NCBI RefSeq assembly: GCF_036321535.1
Contig: NC_087436.1
Coordinates: forward strand, 84,508,001 to 84,572,000
Direction of reading: 5' to 3'
Source of the DNA: Camelus dromedarius
Taxonomy: Eukaryota
DNA length: 64,000 nucleotides
In this document: positions 1 through 12,392 of the stretch, piece after piece
How positions within the stretch are numbered: the stretch's first letter is position 1
Layout of the letters: each line of letters opens with the position of its first letter
Program-made: the position numbers and the translations under genes
The notes under the pieces: generated by a model
Told to the model about the DNA's origin: nothing
The model's database searches: none
The model's input: only the letters and a program-made list of their open reading frames with translations

Positions 1-943
1 TGCAGGAATGAAATGAGAGCTCAGTAAACATTAATTTATGACAAGAAGCATGGAGGTAAGGAAAAATAATTCCAGGCTTAGGTCTCCTAAGCCTTTATTT
101 ATTTATGGTTATCTTTATAATAGGTGTCAAATTCTGAACTACTGTTGATGAGAAATGAATTAAACATTTATTTCCATCCCCTAATGGATGCGTGAGTAAA
201 AGGAGTTAGAGCCAAATGTGATAGATTGAAGACACAGACAGAACAACTGAAGCTGAGATTCATATGCAATATTCTGCTTCTAGTTAGTCAAGCCGGGCCT
301 CTTCGTCATCTAGGTGGTGGAATTGTCTTGAGCCACCCCCTTCAGAAGACTTGGGGACAGGACCTGTCCCCAGACTATCTGTCAATCCCCAGGAGGACAC
401 CTGGACCCCAGTGCAGGTGACAAATCCTCATGAGAGTGGACCGGCCTCTGCAGAAAAGGTGCACGTGATCTCCACAGGGCGCCCTAGACTCCTGCAGGTC
501 AAGTCCAGGTTTCAATGCAATGTTAAAAACCAAAAATACAGACAAGGAGAGAAATGCTAAGTTCTTTTTTTTTTTTTTTTTTTTTTTTTGCATCTCTAAA
601 TAAGAGACCCTTTACCTTCAGGTGTTCTGGAATGTCTTTTTTTAATGGCTTACCAGTGTCTTGAAGTACAAGATATATTGAGGAAAACTACCAATACCTG
701 AGACTCCAAACACAGGCATGCCGGGAGTGTGGCTATTTTTCTGAGCTGGGTTCAGTTCCAGCAGTTGCATCGCCGTGGAAACAGACACTCCAACATCTAC
801 CACTGGTTGCATTTTGAAGGAATTTAAAGAAGTGGATAAAGACAGCATTTATGAATGGAAAAATGAGGCAGCAGATCACCCAAAAAAAGGAAAAATGGAA
901 GTTAAAGTAAGGACGCTAAATACGTAAGTTCAAATCATATTAC

Positions 944-1012
944 CTTCTCTTCCATCTCACTTCTGGCTCCAGGCAGGTTCAGAGGACTCGGAGAACTTGG
1001 CGTCTCACTGGT
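944..1012 (-). CDS. CRACD: CRACD internal coding exon (69 nt, phase 0/0): TSETPSSPSPLNLPGARSEMEEK
   Basis: Minus-strand acceptor ctctctctactgttccag and donor AAG|gtaata. The peptide matches recalled human CRACD SSDTPSSLSPLNLPGAGSEMEEK and is in frame with the 3414-3578 exon. The next exon lies beyond position 1. Confidence 0.93.
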
Positions 1013-1659
1013 CTGGAACAGTAGAGAGAGCGCTCCAGTCACAAGCTAGGACAGGAAGTGCCGGGCGGGTAACCAGGCACTCAGTGTCTGTGCTGGCGAG
1101 GGCCGCCCCTCCCCCACGCAGGGGACTCTGCTGATGTCCAGACTCCACCGGGGCTCCTGAGGCTCAGTGTGCAAGCCCCTCTTCCCCGAGCCAACACGTT
1201 TCCCAGCCAGGTGGCCTCCAACTGCCGCCCTTGAGGTGTTTCCCCACTGCTGAGAGAATCTGGGGTGCTGCCCTGCCGCCACCCTACCTGGGAAGTTGGC
1301 TCCAACCTCAGAGCTTCCAGCTTTGCTGGCTGCCTCCCACCCCCTTCATCTGCCAGACCTTTTCTCCATGAGAAGGAAAGAGGGCCATTTCAATGGTACA
1401 CAGGGGCTGGGCTGAGAAGGTGGCTGACCAGAGGAGGCGAGAAAGCCCAGGAAGGAAGGAACGGAAGGAAGGAAGGAAAAGAAAAAGGGCGACAATTCAC
1501 ACCCCATGCACCTTGCCTGCCCTGGGTACACACACCTCATGTCATCTGCACCAGCGACACCTTCTGTCTTGCATCACCCATTTTTACAAAAGGGTCTCAC
1601 GGTCCATTCCAGAGCCCTAACATCAGCATGCTCTACCTCAATTCATTTTCTACATCACA

Positions 1660-2200
1660 CTTAGTTGCATCTTTAGAAAACACAAATCAGATTATGTTGC
1701 TACCCTGATTAAAATTACTATTACTTTTTGAACAGAATGCACCCCTTCTCCAGTGGTCTACACAATCCAGCCTCCATATTGTGCTCTACCCAGCCCTGCC
1801 CTCGTCCACACTGGCCTGCTTTCTGTTCCTCCTTCAGGACAAGCCCACCTCATCTCTGGGCCTATGAACTTGCTCTTCCTTCAGCCTAGAACACCCCTCA
1901 CCCCCGCTCCCCCAGATCTGCTTACGCAGTTCTGACCTCCTTATCTAAGGAAGCAGCCTGTCTCCAACCACATCACTCACTTTTCAGTTATCCTGCTTTA
2001 CTTCCTATGTAGCATTTTTATTAATCCAAAACCGTGCGATGTCTTTATTTGTTGACTTGCTTGTTGTCTGACTCTCCTCTTATTAGAATGCAAACTACCT
2101 GGAGGCAGCCCCTGGCCTAATCCTGCTTATCTCTGTGGGACCCACAGCCAGGGTATCGGGGTATCGCCTGCTGAACCAAGGATCCTCCTTCTCCCCCAGG
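1660..2200 (+). mobile_element. L2 fragment (others at about 2920-3130, 23170-23450, 53500-53860, 56480-57080)
   Basis: ccacactggcctgctttctgttcct...tagaatgcaaactacctggaggcag pattern; boundaries approximate. Confidence 0.6.
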
Positions 2201-3413
2201 CCACAGTGTCCTGCCCTTATTAGGTCTTCGGTAACAGGAAAGACATTTGCTTTGGCCCGTAGGAAATCCCTGAATCGAGGCTGGTGGCCATCGCTGCTGC
2301 CTAGCACCCGAGTTGGAGGGAGCATTTCTGTGATGATGACTCAGGGAGAGAGATGGGCCCCGTACCTGCTTCCCCCGCCACCCCACCCACCACCCACATG
2401 TGTGGGCGCCAGGAGTCAGCAGGGTCCGGCCCAGGCAGAGATGGCCCACAGGGGAGACTGTCCTTTTTTCTCCTTCCTTTGCTCTACAAGTCGCTTATCT
2501 TTCTTACTACTCCTACGACATATTAGCTGATAAGAAGCATGACCTCCTCCAGGGACATTTTAATAACACCCAGCATCATCTCAGGCACCATGGTAGGTTC
2601 AGCACAGAGAACGCTTTCCTCTACGAACGGAAGGCTCCGAGCCTCACTGGGAGAACAGTTTATCTAGCTGCTGGTAGGGCTTTTCTTCCTTTTCCCAGAG
2701 AGGCCTGAGGGCATCCTTTCTGCTGCTCGGAGTCTTATTTCAGGATACGCTCACTGGGTTTCTTCCAAAGTGTCAAAAGACCACATTCAGAGAGGACGGT
2801 GCTGGACCAATGTGAATTTCTTTCCACACTAAGCAGACTTCAAGCTGGTCTGTGTGATATGTTCTATCTTATTGAGCACATACTTCTTTCTTTCCTCATT
2901 TCCCTTTAAATTAGTCCAACTTGACAAGTAATTATTCAGTGCTCCTAAGTAAGCAGTAGCTACATCCTGGGGAGACAGATGTGTAAGATCCAGTCTGTCC
3001 TCAAGGAACTCAACATTTTGAGATGGGGAGAAAACAGTTCCATGGCCACAGATGTAGATAGAGAACAAATGTGTAAGAGGCACTAAGGATGCACAGCGAA
3101 GGCATAGAGGGGACAGCACAGCTTGTGGGTGAGGCCAGGCAAGGCTCCCAGAAGAGGTGGGCTAACCCAAGAGGAAGACAGTGAGAAGAGTGTGTGGAAA
3201 GGGCACGTCTCCCCTGCCTCCCCCTCTTCCACGCTGGCTCCACTGCAGGGCAGGCACTCACCCAGGACGTGCCCCTCTAGCCCTGGGCTACTCATCGGGA
3301 ACCCTCCCCCTTACGCCCCTCACTGCAGACCTTGGGTTACTGATGCTCCTGTCCACTGCCCAACATCCTCCCGGGCTTATTAGCATCCGAGTCATTCCCT
3401 GGAGGAGCCTTAC

Positions 3414-3578
3414 TTTGTTCTCGGGGTCAGAGAGGATGCTGTCCTGCTGAGTCACAGTTTCCATGGGACTGGTCAGGAATGGATCCTCTTCCAAGCGGGC
3501 CTCACCACTGTCTGCCTTCTTCATGGGAATGGCGGTGGGTGGTGGCTGCCCAAACTTGATGTTCTTGCCCAACTGTCG
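3414..3578 (-). CDS. CRACD: CRACD internal coding exon (165 nt, phase 0/0): RQLGKNIKFGQPPPTAIPMKKADSGEARLEEDPFLTSPMETVTQQDSILSDPENK
   Basis: Acceptor tctttctttcgtttctctccag and donor AAA|gtaagg. Embedded in ORF 3288..3854; near-identical to recalled human QQLGKNIKFGQRSPNAIPMNKANSGEASLEEDLFLTSPMEIVTQQD. Confidence 0.96.
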
Positions 3579-4207
3579 CTGGAGAGAAACGAAAGAAAGA
3601 TGTTCTGAAGCAGTGAAGCGGATCCCAATAACCACGACCTGGCTCCCCAGCATGCCCAGCAGGCCCTGAGGCGTACTCAGTACAGGGCTAGTTTCTAGAC
3701 TAGACAACACGCCAGCAAACCCTGATGCCGCCCGCAGTGACCGATCCTGTCTAACAACTTCTCCTTCTCTTTCCCACCTTCGAGCCATGAGCTTTTCCAT
3801 CCAGCCACCTCTTTCCTGGAGATGCCAACATTTCCAGGAGGGTAGAGAGACCATATTTCTGAACCGAAAGTCGGGTATGACAAAAACTTTTTGATTAACC
3901 TATAAATTAATTTATATCAAAGTCTTTTAAAGGTACAAAAACTGTATAGAAAATAGTTTCATGAAATGCAGGAACCACTGGGGGAAATCAAGACCCTTGT
4001 GGCTGCACAGACAAGGGAACCCTCCAGCCTCTTCTGGACACACTCCTCTTGAATACTTATGTTTCATCTACTTCCGTCACCAGCCCCTAGCTTGAACATC
4101 ATGTCTGGGTCACAGTGGGTACTGCTGGCAAGGGGAAGAAGGCCCCAGGGTCCGCAAGTCTTTCCATGATCGATGCTGAATTCACAGAAAAGAGGACAGC
4201 AGTCTTG

Positions 4208-4302
4208 AGGAGAGGGTATGGTTCAGTGGTACAGTGATTGTTTAGCATGCACGAGGTCCTGGGTTCAATCCCTAGTACCTCCACTAAAAATAAAAATAAA
4301 AA
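4208..4302 (+). mobile_element. tRNA-Ala-derived SINE (camelid Vic-1 type)
   Basis: ggagagggtatggttcagtgg...gcatgcacgaggtcctgggttcaatccctagtacctcc plus A-rich tail; cagtcttg repeated on both sides (TSD remnant). Confidence 0.85.
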
Positions 4303-4725
4303 GGTGAGCACAGTCTTGTCCTGCCACTAGGACGTCACCTTCGCGTTGCGGCAGCTACCTACTGTGACCTACGGGCCAGAAGGAGCCAAGTGGAGGAAGG
4401 GCCAAAGAGGGGCTGATCCCTGGTGGGAGAGCACTGAATGGCTAGGGAGAAAGGAGAAAACACAGGGGATAGAAATTAGGAAGGTAAATAGTATTTAGAA
4501 TTAGAGGAAAGCCAGACCTAAAAAGGAAATGAATTCTCTGGGGAAAAATATATAAACATAATAGCTTATGAAGGGGCAAGGTATTTCATGGGCTAGATAC
4601 ATGAGATATAAAATATTTAATGGGTAGAGAAAACAAATGACTCTGGAAGAAAAAGAGGGATGTCCTGGTCGTCTGAAAGGCTACTGAATTGAATGTATTA
4701 TATGAACTACTGCCTTTCTCTACCT

Positions 4726-4933
4726 CAGGGCTCAGCACTGTTGACATTTCTGGCCAGATGATTCTTTGCTGTGGGGAGCTGTCCTGTGCGCTATAGGGTG
4801 TTTCGCGTCACCCCTGGCCTCTGGACACCAGATGCCAGTAGCAACCTCTCCTCAATCTAGACAACCAAACATGCCTCCAGGCGTTGTCCAATATCCCCTT
4901 GAGGGTGAAACTGCCTCTGGCTGAAAACCACTG
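4726..4933. mobile_element. MER20-like hAT DNA transposon fossil
   Basis: cactgttgacatttctggccagatgattctttgctgtgggg...cagatgccagtagca...gaaaaccactg matches recalled MER20. Confidence 0.8.
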
Positions 4934-6227
4934 TTCTAGTTCGAGGTACTTGGGTTTCATAGTCTTTTTATGTTTCAAAGGAAAAAAAAAAAAGAATACA
5001 TGATCTGATATTTCTCTTTAATGTGGCTAATATTTAATCCCACAAAGCTGCAAAACGCCTTAGCAATCACATTGTCCAGTGTCCTCACTTCACAAAAAAC
5101 ATCAGAGGTCCAGCGGGGAGAGGTGACTGGCCCAAGCTTATGGAAAGAATGAGTGGCCCCCAATGGGATTTGAATCTACGTCTTCTAAAAACAGCATTCG
5201 GTGTTATTTTTCTTGTACTCCACTGGTTCTCATAAATTTCACATCGTACTTCCTTCGTCTTACTGGGGCAGAGAGAAAGGGTAGCAGCATTTTTACTACC
5301 TTACTGAAGTTCCCCAGCAGAGGAACCCCTCGAGGGAAATGCCCCTTTTCCCCCTGAACTCAAGGGTATGGAATCCACCCACCTTCACCCAGCTCCCCCT
5401 CGGCCTTGCATGGTGGGCAGTGAGGCTGCAGAGACATGAAAGAGACGAGCCCCAGGCTCCCCTCCCCGCGCCCCCCGGCACCCCGGCATGCCAAGTCAGG
5501 AGCACAGAGAGACAAGGACTTGTATTGGGTCTGCTGGTATCTCAGCTGGAGCCTGGCCCCCTGGCACCACAGGGAGGGAGCACACATCCACGGCCCGAGT
5601 TCAGCCAGTGAAGGACAGCTTGAGCAACCTAAAAGGGTTTGGGGAGGAGAAGGCTGTGGAAGGGCAACTTCTAAAAACAAGTTTAGCAGGAAGCAGCAGT
5701 TAGTATCTACTCTAAGCAGATCAGTAAGCAGGCACGGTTAGAACAGCCGATGGTGTTAGACAAGAGGACAAGGTGTAACAAAGCCTGGCCCGCCTCACTT
5801 GCTGCCCTGTGGGGGAGGGACGGGGACCTGGGCAGGAGAAGGGGGACAAGTCCCTGCATCCCAGTGACAGTCCGAGCAGGAGTTCCTTCTGCAACTCCCA
5901 GCCCAGCCTTTGGTTGACCAGTTATCTCTTCTCTAGGCGTGTTGGCTAAGAGGTAAAAATTGTTGCGAATTTCCTTAAACTGAGACCTCCTGTTGTCAGG
6001 GTCTGACATCTACCCGTGCTCTTGAATGACTAAGATGAGGGTATTTCTTCTACTTATAATGGAAAGAGTAATTCTTTAATGGGCTTCTAAGGAAAACCTG
6101 GCTTAATACCCTAAGGCCATTTAGTTAGGATTTCTGCCACCACCACAAAAAAGAATGAACATGCTGATATTTTTCTTCATTAGCACATGTTTTAGAGTAC
6201 TGATGTTGGTCCAACCTGACACTCAGG

Positions 6228-6254
6228 ACACACACACACACACACACACACACA
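6228..6254. repeat. (CA)n microsatellite
   Basis: Direct reading. Confidence 0.95.
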
Positions 6255-8649
6255 GGCAAAATCTAATCACAGGCCAGACTGAAATAAACTCCTAAGACGG
6301 GATGGCTATCAAGACTACAAATGGAAAATGAAAGAGAAAATGAGGGGAAACCTAGATGCAATAAAAACAGGTGAAATAAGGCACACGGGACTAAGCTGGG
6401 AAATGGAAAGTGATGTTAACAAATGAAGCGGAGGGTCAAAGAGGCAAACTGAGGGGAGGGTGCAGGGGGCAGCGAAGAGGCACAGGGAGGAGCTGCAGCC
6501 CGGATGGCAGGTGCAACCGCTGGAGGGGGCGGGGAGGGGGGTCGGAAGGAGGAAGGAGGAGAGGGCGAGAGGGAATGAGAACGTGTGCATATCAGAGCGG
6601 TGATTTACGTCACGGATCTGCTCATCCTGCAAAAGAAACACAATGCTGTTGCCTTTGAGGATGACGATGTGCACCTCCAGAAGGCAGCTGATTGCAAATC
6701 CCTCTTAAGAAAACAGCTCCAGGCTGCTGGCTAGGGAGCTCGGGAGGAGGGGGGACCCAGGTCACTAAAATGACGGCCTCCATCTCGGGATAGGGCTGCT
6801 GCCTCTCTGTGCAGACGAGGGGCTGTCTTCCTGACACAGCCTGCAGTGGTCAGGGACGAGACAGCGGAACAGGCCGGGCAGGACTGAAGGTCCAAGGCCA
6901 TGGTGACTGATGCTCAGGCTCTCAAGGCCAAGGCTTCTGCACCTGCACGAGTTCCCCACCTTGTGGTTCCTGCTCCGAACGCTTCCTTCAGCTGACTCAA
7001 AGGAGACAGGGCTGTCGGGTACTTTGTGTGGTTTACTGACAGCTAAAAGGTGACTGCTAAATCCTATTTGGTAATCGCAGGTGTTGGGTGAATTGAATAT
7101 AAAGCTAAATGTGGCTTTTTGGTGATTTTTATTCTGCCCACTACTCACTGTCACGAGAAGAACTGTGATACCAGAAATCACTGAAAACCAGACTGTTAAG
7201 ATGAGCTTGCCCTTAAGTTTTCAGAGAAATAAACTATTACCACTCCCTCCACATATAGATATTTCTTTGGACACCCATGGATTCTTTATACGCACTGAGA
7301 TTAGAACTCGAGGAGAGAGTGGAAGCACTGTGCCTAGACTGAGTCCACGTTATTTGTGGCTATGAATGGAGTTACTGTTAGGGTGGAATGCGTGCAAAAA
7401 GCTGTATTTTATTCATTCAAATTGGGCCATTTTGGTGGAATATGGAATGTTGGAGAATGATGTTACAAGAATGCACATCCATATTTATGAGGCTTTTTCC
7501 CTCTGGTGTGGAAATTCCAAGCACATCATATTCTGCAGCTCTCACACTGCCAGTTTAGATTTCTCCAGATTTTTCACAGCCAGCCTTCAGACCACTTCTG
7601 TAAGAACAAAGCCAAGGGAAAATAAAGTTGCTGTCCTCTTGAGCGAACTACGGATCCTCCCATAATTAAAACGGATTTAAAAGAATAAGAAAAAGCGAAA
7701 GCACAGAGATTTAAAGACGTCGGCTCTGTGCAGAAGGGGCCAAGAGCACGTATTTATTCTTTGTGTCCTTGACAGCTGCGTGAGGTGCCAGAATCCTCAA
7801 AGGAAAGACTCTTTGGCATTTTAAAGTGAAATCCAGCTCAGCAGGAGACAGCAGCTGCTGAAGATGGAGGTTCTCCCTCCTGAGGTAAACAGTCCGTGGA
7901 CTAACAGACTGAGCACTTTCTCACAAAGGGGTGGTCTAATTCTAAAAATCACCTGCAGGCTTAGACTGTGACGTTTCTGAGTTTTATCATCAGTAGGTAC
8001 ACACAGACTTCACAGCCTCGTTTGATCTGAAATAAACAGGCACCCAGAGCTGATCCATGCTCTGGGCAGCTGCAGGGAACATCAAGGTCATTGTGGTCCA
8101 AATGCAACGAAATGCAGCGCTTACAAAGCCACCTCGTGCTATAGCAGGTGAATGGTGATCTTCTATTGATGGCAGATTTTAAGAACAGGAGGGGCCCTTC
8201 AGATCATCCATCACATGCATCCACTTGTTTTTCGGATGGGGAAAATGAGGGTGAGAAGTTAAATGGCTTCCCCTGAGGCCACACAGCCAGATGGTGGCGG
8301 AGGCCTGGCGTGGGCTTTATATTTCCCCCACTGGCCATAGAACAACTAACTGTTATGTATAGGGTCCTCAAAAAGGACACCATTGTGGCTTTTGTCCCTA
8401 TAACTGTCCCATATATTCAAATTTGTTCTCACTATGCACATGTATTATTTTTACACTCAGGGGGAAAAAAGGTACTTTTTCTTTTAAAGGTTCAGTTGCT
8501 TGCCACAGAAATTTTGGCAGGTGGTAGATTCACTTTATTCAGAAAAGTGTAGGCTGATTTATGCTGTATTCAGTCATTCTGTACTCAGGAGACAGATACT
8601 AACCACCACCGGTACCACACAGAACAGTCCTAGCTGAGACGACTACATG

Positions 8650-8667
8650 TGGACACTAGGGGGCAAC
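8650..8667 (+). promoter_or_regulatory. Candidate CTCF motif
   Basis: tggacactagggggcaac versus consensus TGGCCACCAGGGGGCGC, in unique intronic sequence; motif match only. Confidence 0.4.
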
Positions 8668-11091
8668 CTTTCCAAATGCAGTCATTACAGGCGCAGTTCT
8701 TTCCAAGGGCTAGTAAGTTTAAGCCAGAGTAAAAGTTTTTTTTTTTTTTAATGGCATTCCAGTAGAAATCGCATTTCAAAAGAATCTCTTAATAGTGGTG
8801 GCTTATCAGCTTGCTAGGACATTTACTGTCAAATAGGTGTTATCCATGACTTCTGTCTCTCTCTCTCTTTTTTAATAAACATACACATACACAAAGACAA
8901 TTTCAGACGTGAAAAACATACATGCCTCTGACGTAACTAGACACCCTCATTCCATGCTGGAGTCTCTGCTGCTTACTGAGCATCAATACCAGCATAACGT
9001 TTCCATGGAAAAATGCAAAGCATCCATGCAAGGGAATAAAATTAACTACGATTGCTACGACTTACCAGGAACATACTGCTTAGTCGACTGAAAAATAAAG
9101 CACAGTCTTTTGGGGGTGATACAGTTACATCTTATGTCACTCCAAAAAAATCACATTTGCTACAAAAATGGTCCCCATTTCCCTCCTCAAAGAGCAAAGT
9201 CTCTTATTTTACTGTTTAAAAACATGTAACTCTAGAGCTATAAGGAAGCTGTGAATCCACGCAGCAGAAGCAAAATTAGGCAGACCCAAGCAGTTATTGT
9301 CCAAAGGAGAGCACTCCGATTAGCACTCAGATAGCTTCACCCATATTTCTCCTCCTGTGTTAACAGAATTGTCACTTCAGGGAGGTCGGCTGCTTTCCAT
9401 TTTATTCATTACGAAATCAGATCCTTTAAACTTATGCCTTATATCATTAATACGAACAACAGGCATTTACATATTTTAACTGAGCTTCTCTATTTTCATT
9501 ACTGCAGAATTATCCATTTTTTACAACTCCAGATCCATTTCTTGGGGTGGCAGTGGCCATGTGGTGTGACGTTACAAAGCAGATACCGTTTTAAGACAAT
9601 AGGCCATTATCTAATTTTTAAAGACCTCCTTGAAAGGCCCTTGTAAAATACAGCTGTTTAGGAGATGGAAATCTGTAAGTCATCCCCCTTAGAAAGGGGA
9701 TGATTTGAGGGTTCAGAACTTCTTAGGAATAATATCCCAGGACTCAAAAGACTTCAAGAGGGAAAAACAAGAGTGGGGGAGGTGAAGGTTTTCTTTGGCC
9801 ATCACCACCCATCTCTCTTCTCCAACTAATGAGAGGTGACAGCTTACTTTTTCTTCTGAAGCTATAAAATGGGGCAATGCAACCAGCAAGAACCAAGAAT
9901 GGGCCCTCAGTGCCCTAGTTAGGAAACGCTGAAATTTGAAGGCAGTGCCTAGGTTAGTTCTGAGGGCAGGACTCTGGCCCGGGGCTGCGGTGCAGTGGAT
10001 GTAAAGATCAAGGCAAGTCCGGGTATGGTTCCAGGGTGTTGGCTATTCCCCAGCTGGCCATATGCTAGATTCAGCTGAGTGTGTGTGGAATGTGTAACCA
10101 AACACAGATCACAAAACACTCAGCAAATAGTCAGTAGAAACAAGAACATTACAAGAAAATAGAAAATTTCCTTTGAGTTCAGTGCTTCATTGTGTCAGCA
10201 GCTCAAACCAGCTGTTCCCTTTATCCTTTTTGTTTTGCTCATTCATTCATTTATTCATTCATTGTTGGAGACTCAGAGACAGATGGACACCAGCAAACCA
10301 GAGTGCCCCCCATTCATAATTTGGATCGCCTCCAAACACCCCCAGCTCAGAGAAGGCCTTTCTGTTGGGTGAATGGATTCTACTCAGCATTCAGGCAAAC
10401 CTGGAAGAGTCAGATTCCAGGTGTCTTTGCTCCCCTTGCTTTTTTCCTGGATTCCCCACTATTTCAATTGCATTTAGTGAAGAATTATTTTCTTATATTT
10501 TCATTATTAAGGAGTTACCACCTGAGTCAATTTCATGTAGGAAAACCTCCCAGCTCTGCAGTGTGGACAAGAGGGGGGTGAGAGAGCTTCATGACATCCC
10601 TCTGAGACAGGGTTGCCCAGGGGAGCCAGATTTACAAACACAACAGGATGATAAAGTGTCTCACCATCCACCGTTCAAGTATGGAGACTTGGAAAGGGAA
10701 CACCTGCTGTGCACCGTCAGCTCACAGTCAACCCTGTGCTCAGGGATCACGGCCAACACTTAGTCAGGAGCTCTTTCCTCCCACCCAAGTCCTGCAGCTT
10801 CTCGTGGGTACTTGTCCCATGAAGTCCAGTTAAAAACAAGGGAGCAACTTGGGAGAAAAGGAGACGGGGTGTTACGTAGGTGGGTACAGTGGTGACAGTG
10901 TACTTCTCACAGGTGGACAGAGAGAGGCTTCCAGAAAACTGAGTCAGGTTTGAGAAAGCAAATTTTCTCAGCAGGAGCTGCCCCTGGACCTCCCAGTCCA
11001 TTACTCAAGGCCAAGTTCGGAACTTTTCCCACTTCCCTCCGTAGCTGGGCCCCTTCCTATGGCTCAGACCTTCAATCTCAAGCTGTCTTAC

Positions 11092-11227
11092 CTGAAGAGT
11101 TTTGACTTTGCCCAGGATGTTGTCCTGTGACATTGCTTGAACTGTCTGCTCACTTTCTGCTCCCCCATCAGGGATAAAAATACTGTCATGGGAAAACGCC
11201 CGGGTTCCCAAAGAATAGTTGAAGGAC
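11092..11227 (-). CDS. CRACD: CRACD exon (136 nt, phase 2/0): (R)SFNYSLGTRAFSHDSIFIPDGGAESEQTVQAMSQDNILGKVKTLQ
   Basis: Acceptor atttgcattccag and donor CAG|gtaaga. GTRAFSHDSIFIPDGGAESEQTVQAMSQDNILGKVKTLQ matches the recalled human CRACD N-terminus; embedded in ORF 11005..11238. Confidence 0.96.
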
Positions 11228-12343
11228 CTGGAATGCAAATCATGTGCTTCATTTTATTAGGATGATAAGATTCCTTCTGGCAATTCAGTTTCTTGCTCCT
11301 CCTGATTTAGGGGACTCCACCCACATGCACTGTCTCATTCAGAAAGCACTTCCAGCAATGGGGTCCTTTTCTGATAGGGGTCAGCCAAGGAGCTGGGTAG
11401 ACAGAAGGGTCCCACAGGAATAAGGGAGCATGTCTCCAACACAACAATGTTTCAGAGCCACTCACTGGGAGAACTCAAAGATTGCTACAGGAATTTTAAC
11501 TGCAGGGGCCTTTCTCCTGATGGGCTGTCACTATCAGCTTTACTCTCGTAAGTCTTCCAGCCAGTACTTTTTAAGTAACATGCAGATCTAGAAGTAAGAG
11601 GTAAGAGCTTCTTTCAGATTGCAATCAAATTGGAAGAAAGATACATGCATCTCAAATAAGGACTTGACAAGGACTCGAATTGCTGACCAGGACTATGGGA
11701 ATAGTCTCTCTGTCGAGACTCTTTAGAAATTCAGAGAAAGGGGGAGAAATGTGTGTTAGGAAGATTCCGATGGGCTTCATGCACTGAGCAGCTTTTGGTG
11801 GTATGTATCCAGCAATAAACATTTTTCAGTTGAAGGGCTGGACTTCAAGGAAGTCTGGACTTCTACCTGACTGGGAATACAGGTTGGGTGAACTGCAGAA
11901 GCCAGCCGTTCCTTACTTGATCTTGGAAATTAAGTTATCTCTGGGAAGGAAAACACAGGGGCAGGCAGATTCACACACCCTCCGTAAGGCAAGCCAGGCA
12001 CACTCCTCGAAGCCAGGCACACAGGCAGTTCTCCTGGGGTGATAGTACCCCACCTCACTCTCTCTCCTCCCCAGAAAGCGGTCCCACCTGGAGGTTTTAT
12101 CAGTGACCAACGGCAGGAAGGAAGAGCCAGCACTGGGGGAAAGGGGCCTCTGGCTGGTACTTCTGAACTGAACTACAGAAAGACAGTGGGCAGGGTCCCA
12201 ACCAGGTCCAGACCTACCTGGGGAGACTCAGTACCAAATCATATCATCAAATTTGCCAAATAACAAGCAGCATGGTAACAAAGCACATGAGGTTTAGAAG
12301 CAAATGCTTGGATGTGAGCCTCCTGGCTGTGTGATCTTTGGTA

Positions 12344-12392
12344 ATCATCATCATCATCATCATCATCGTCATCATCACCATCATCACCACCA
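12344..12392. repeat. (CAT)n/(CAC)n trinucleotide repeat
   Basis: atcatcatcatcatcatcatcatcgtcatcatcaccatcatcaccaccac. Confidence 0.95.

Noticed and set aside
3288..3854. 188-aa ORF as a standalone gene
   Set aside because: Only 3414-3578 is bounded by splice sites and matches CRACD; the flanks are intronic read-through.
8970..9030. Second donor CA|gtaagc with upstream ATGs
   Set aside because: No ATG reaches it in phase 0 without a stop, and no usable acceptor is evident.
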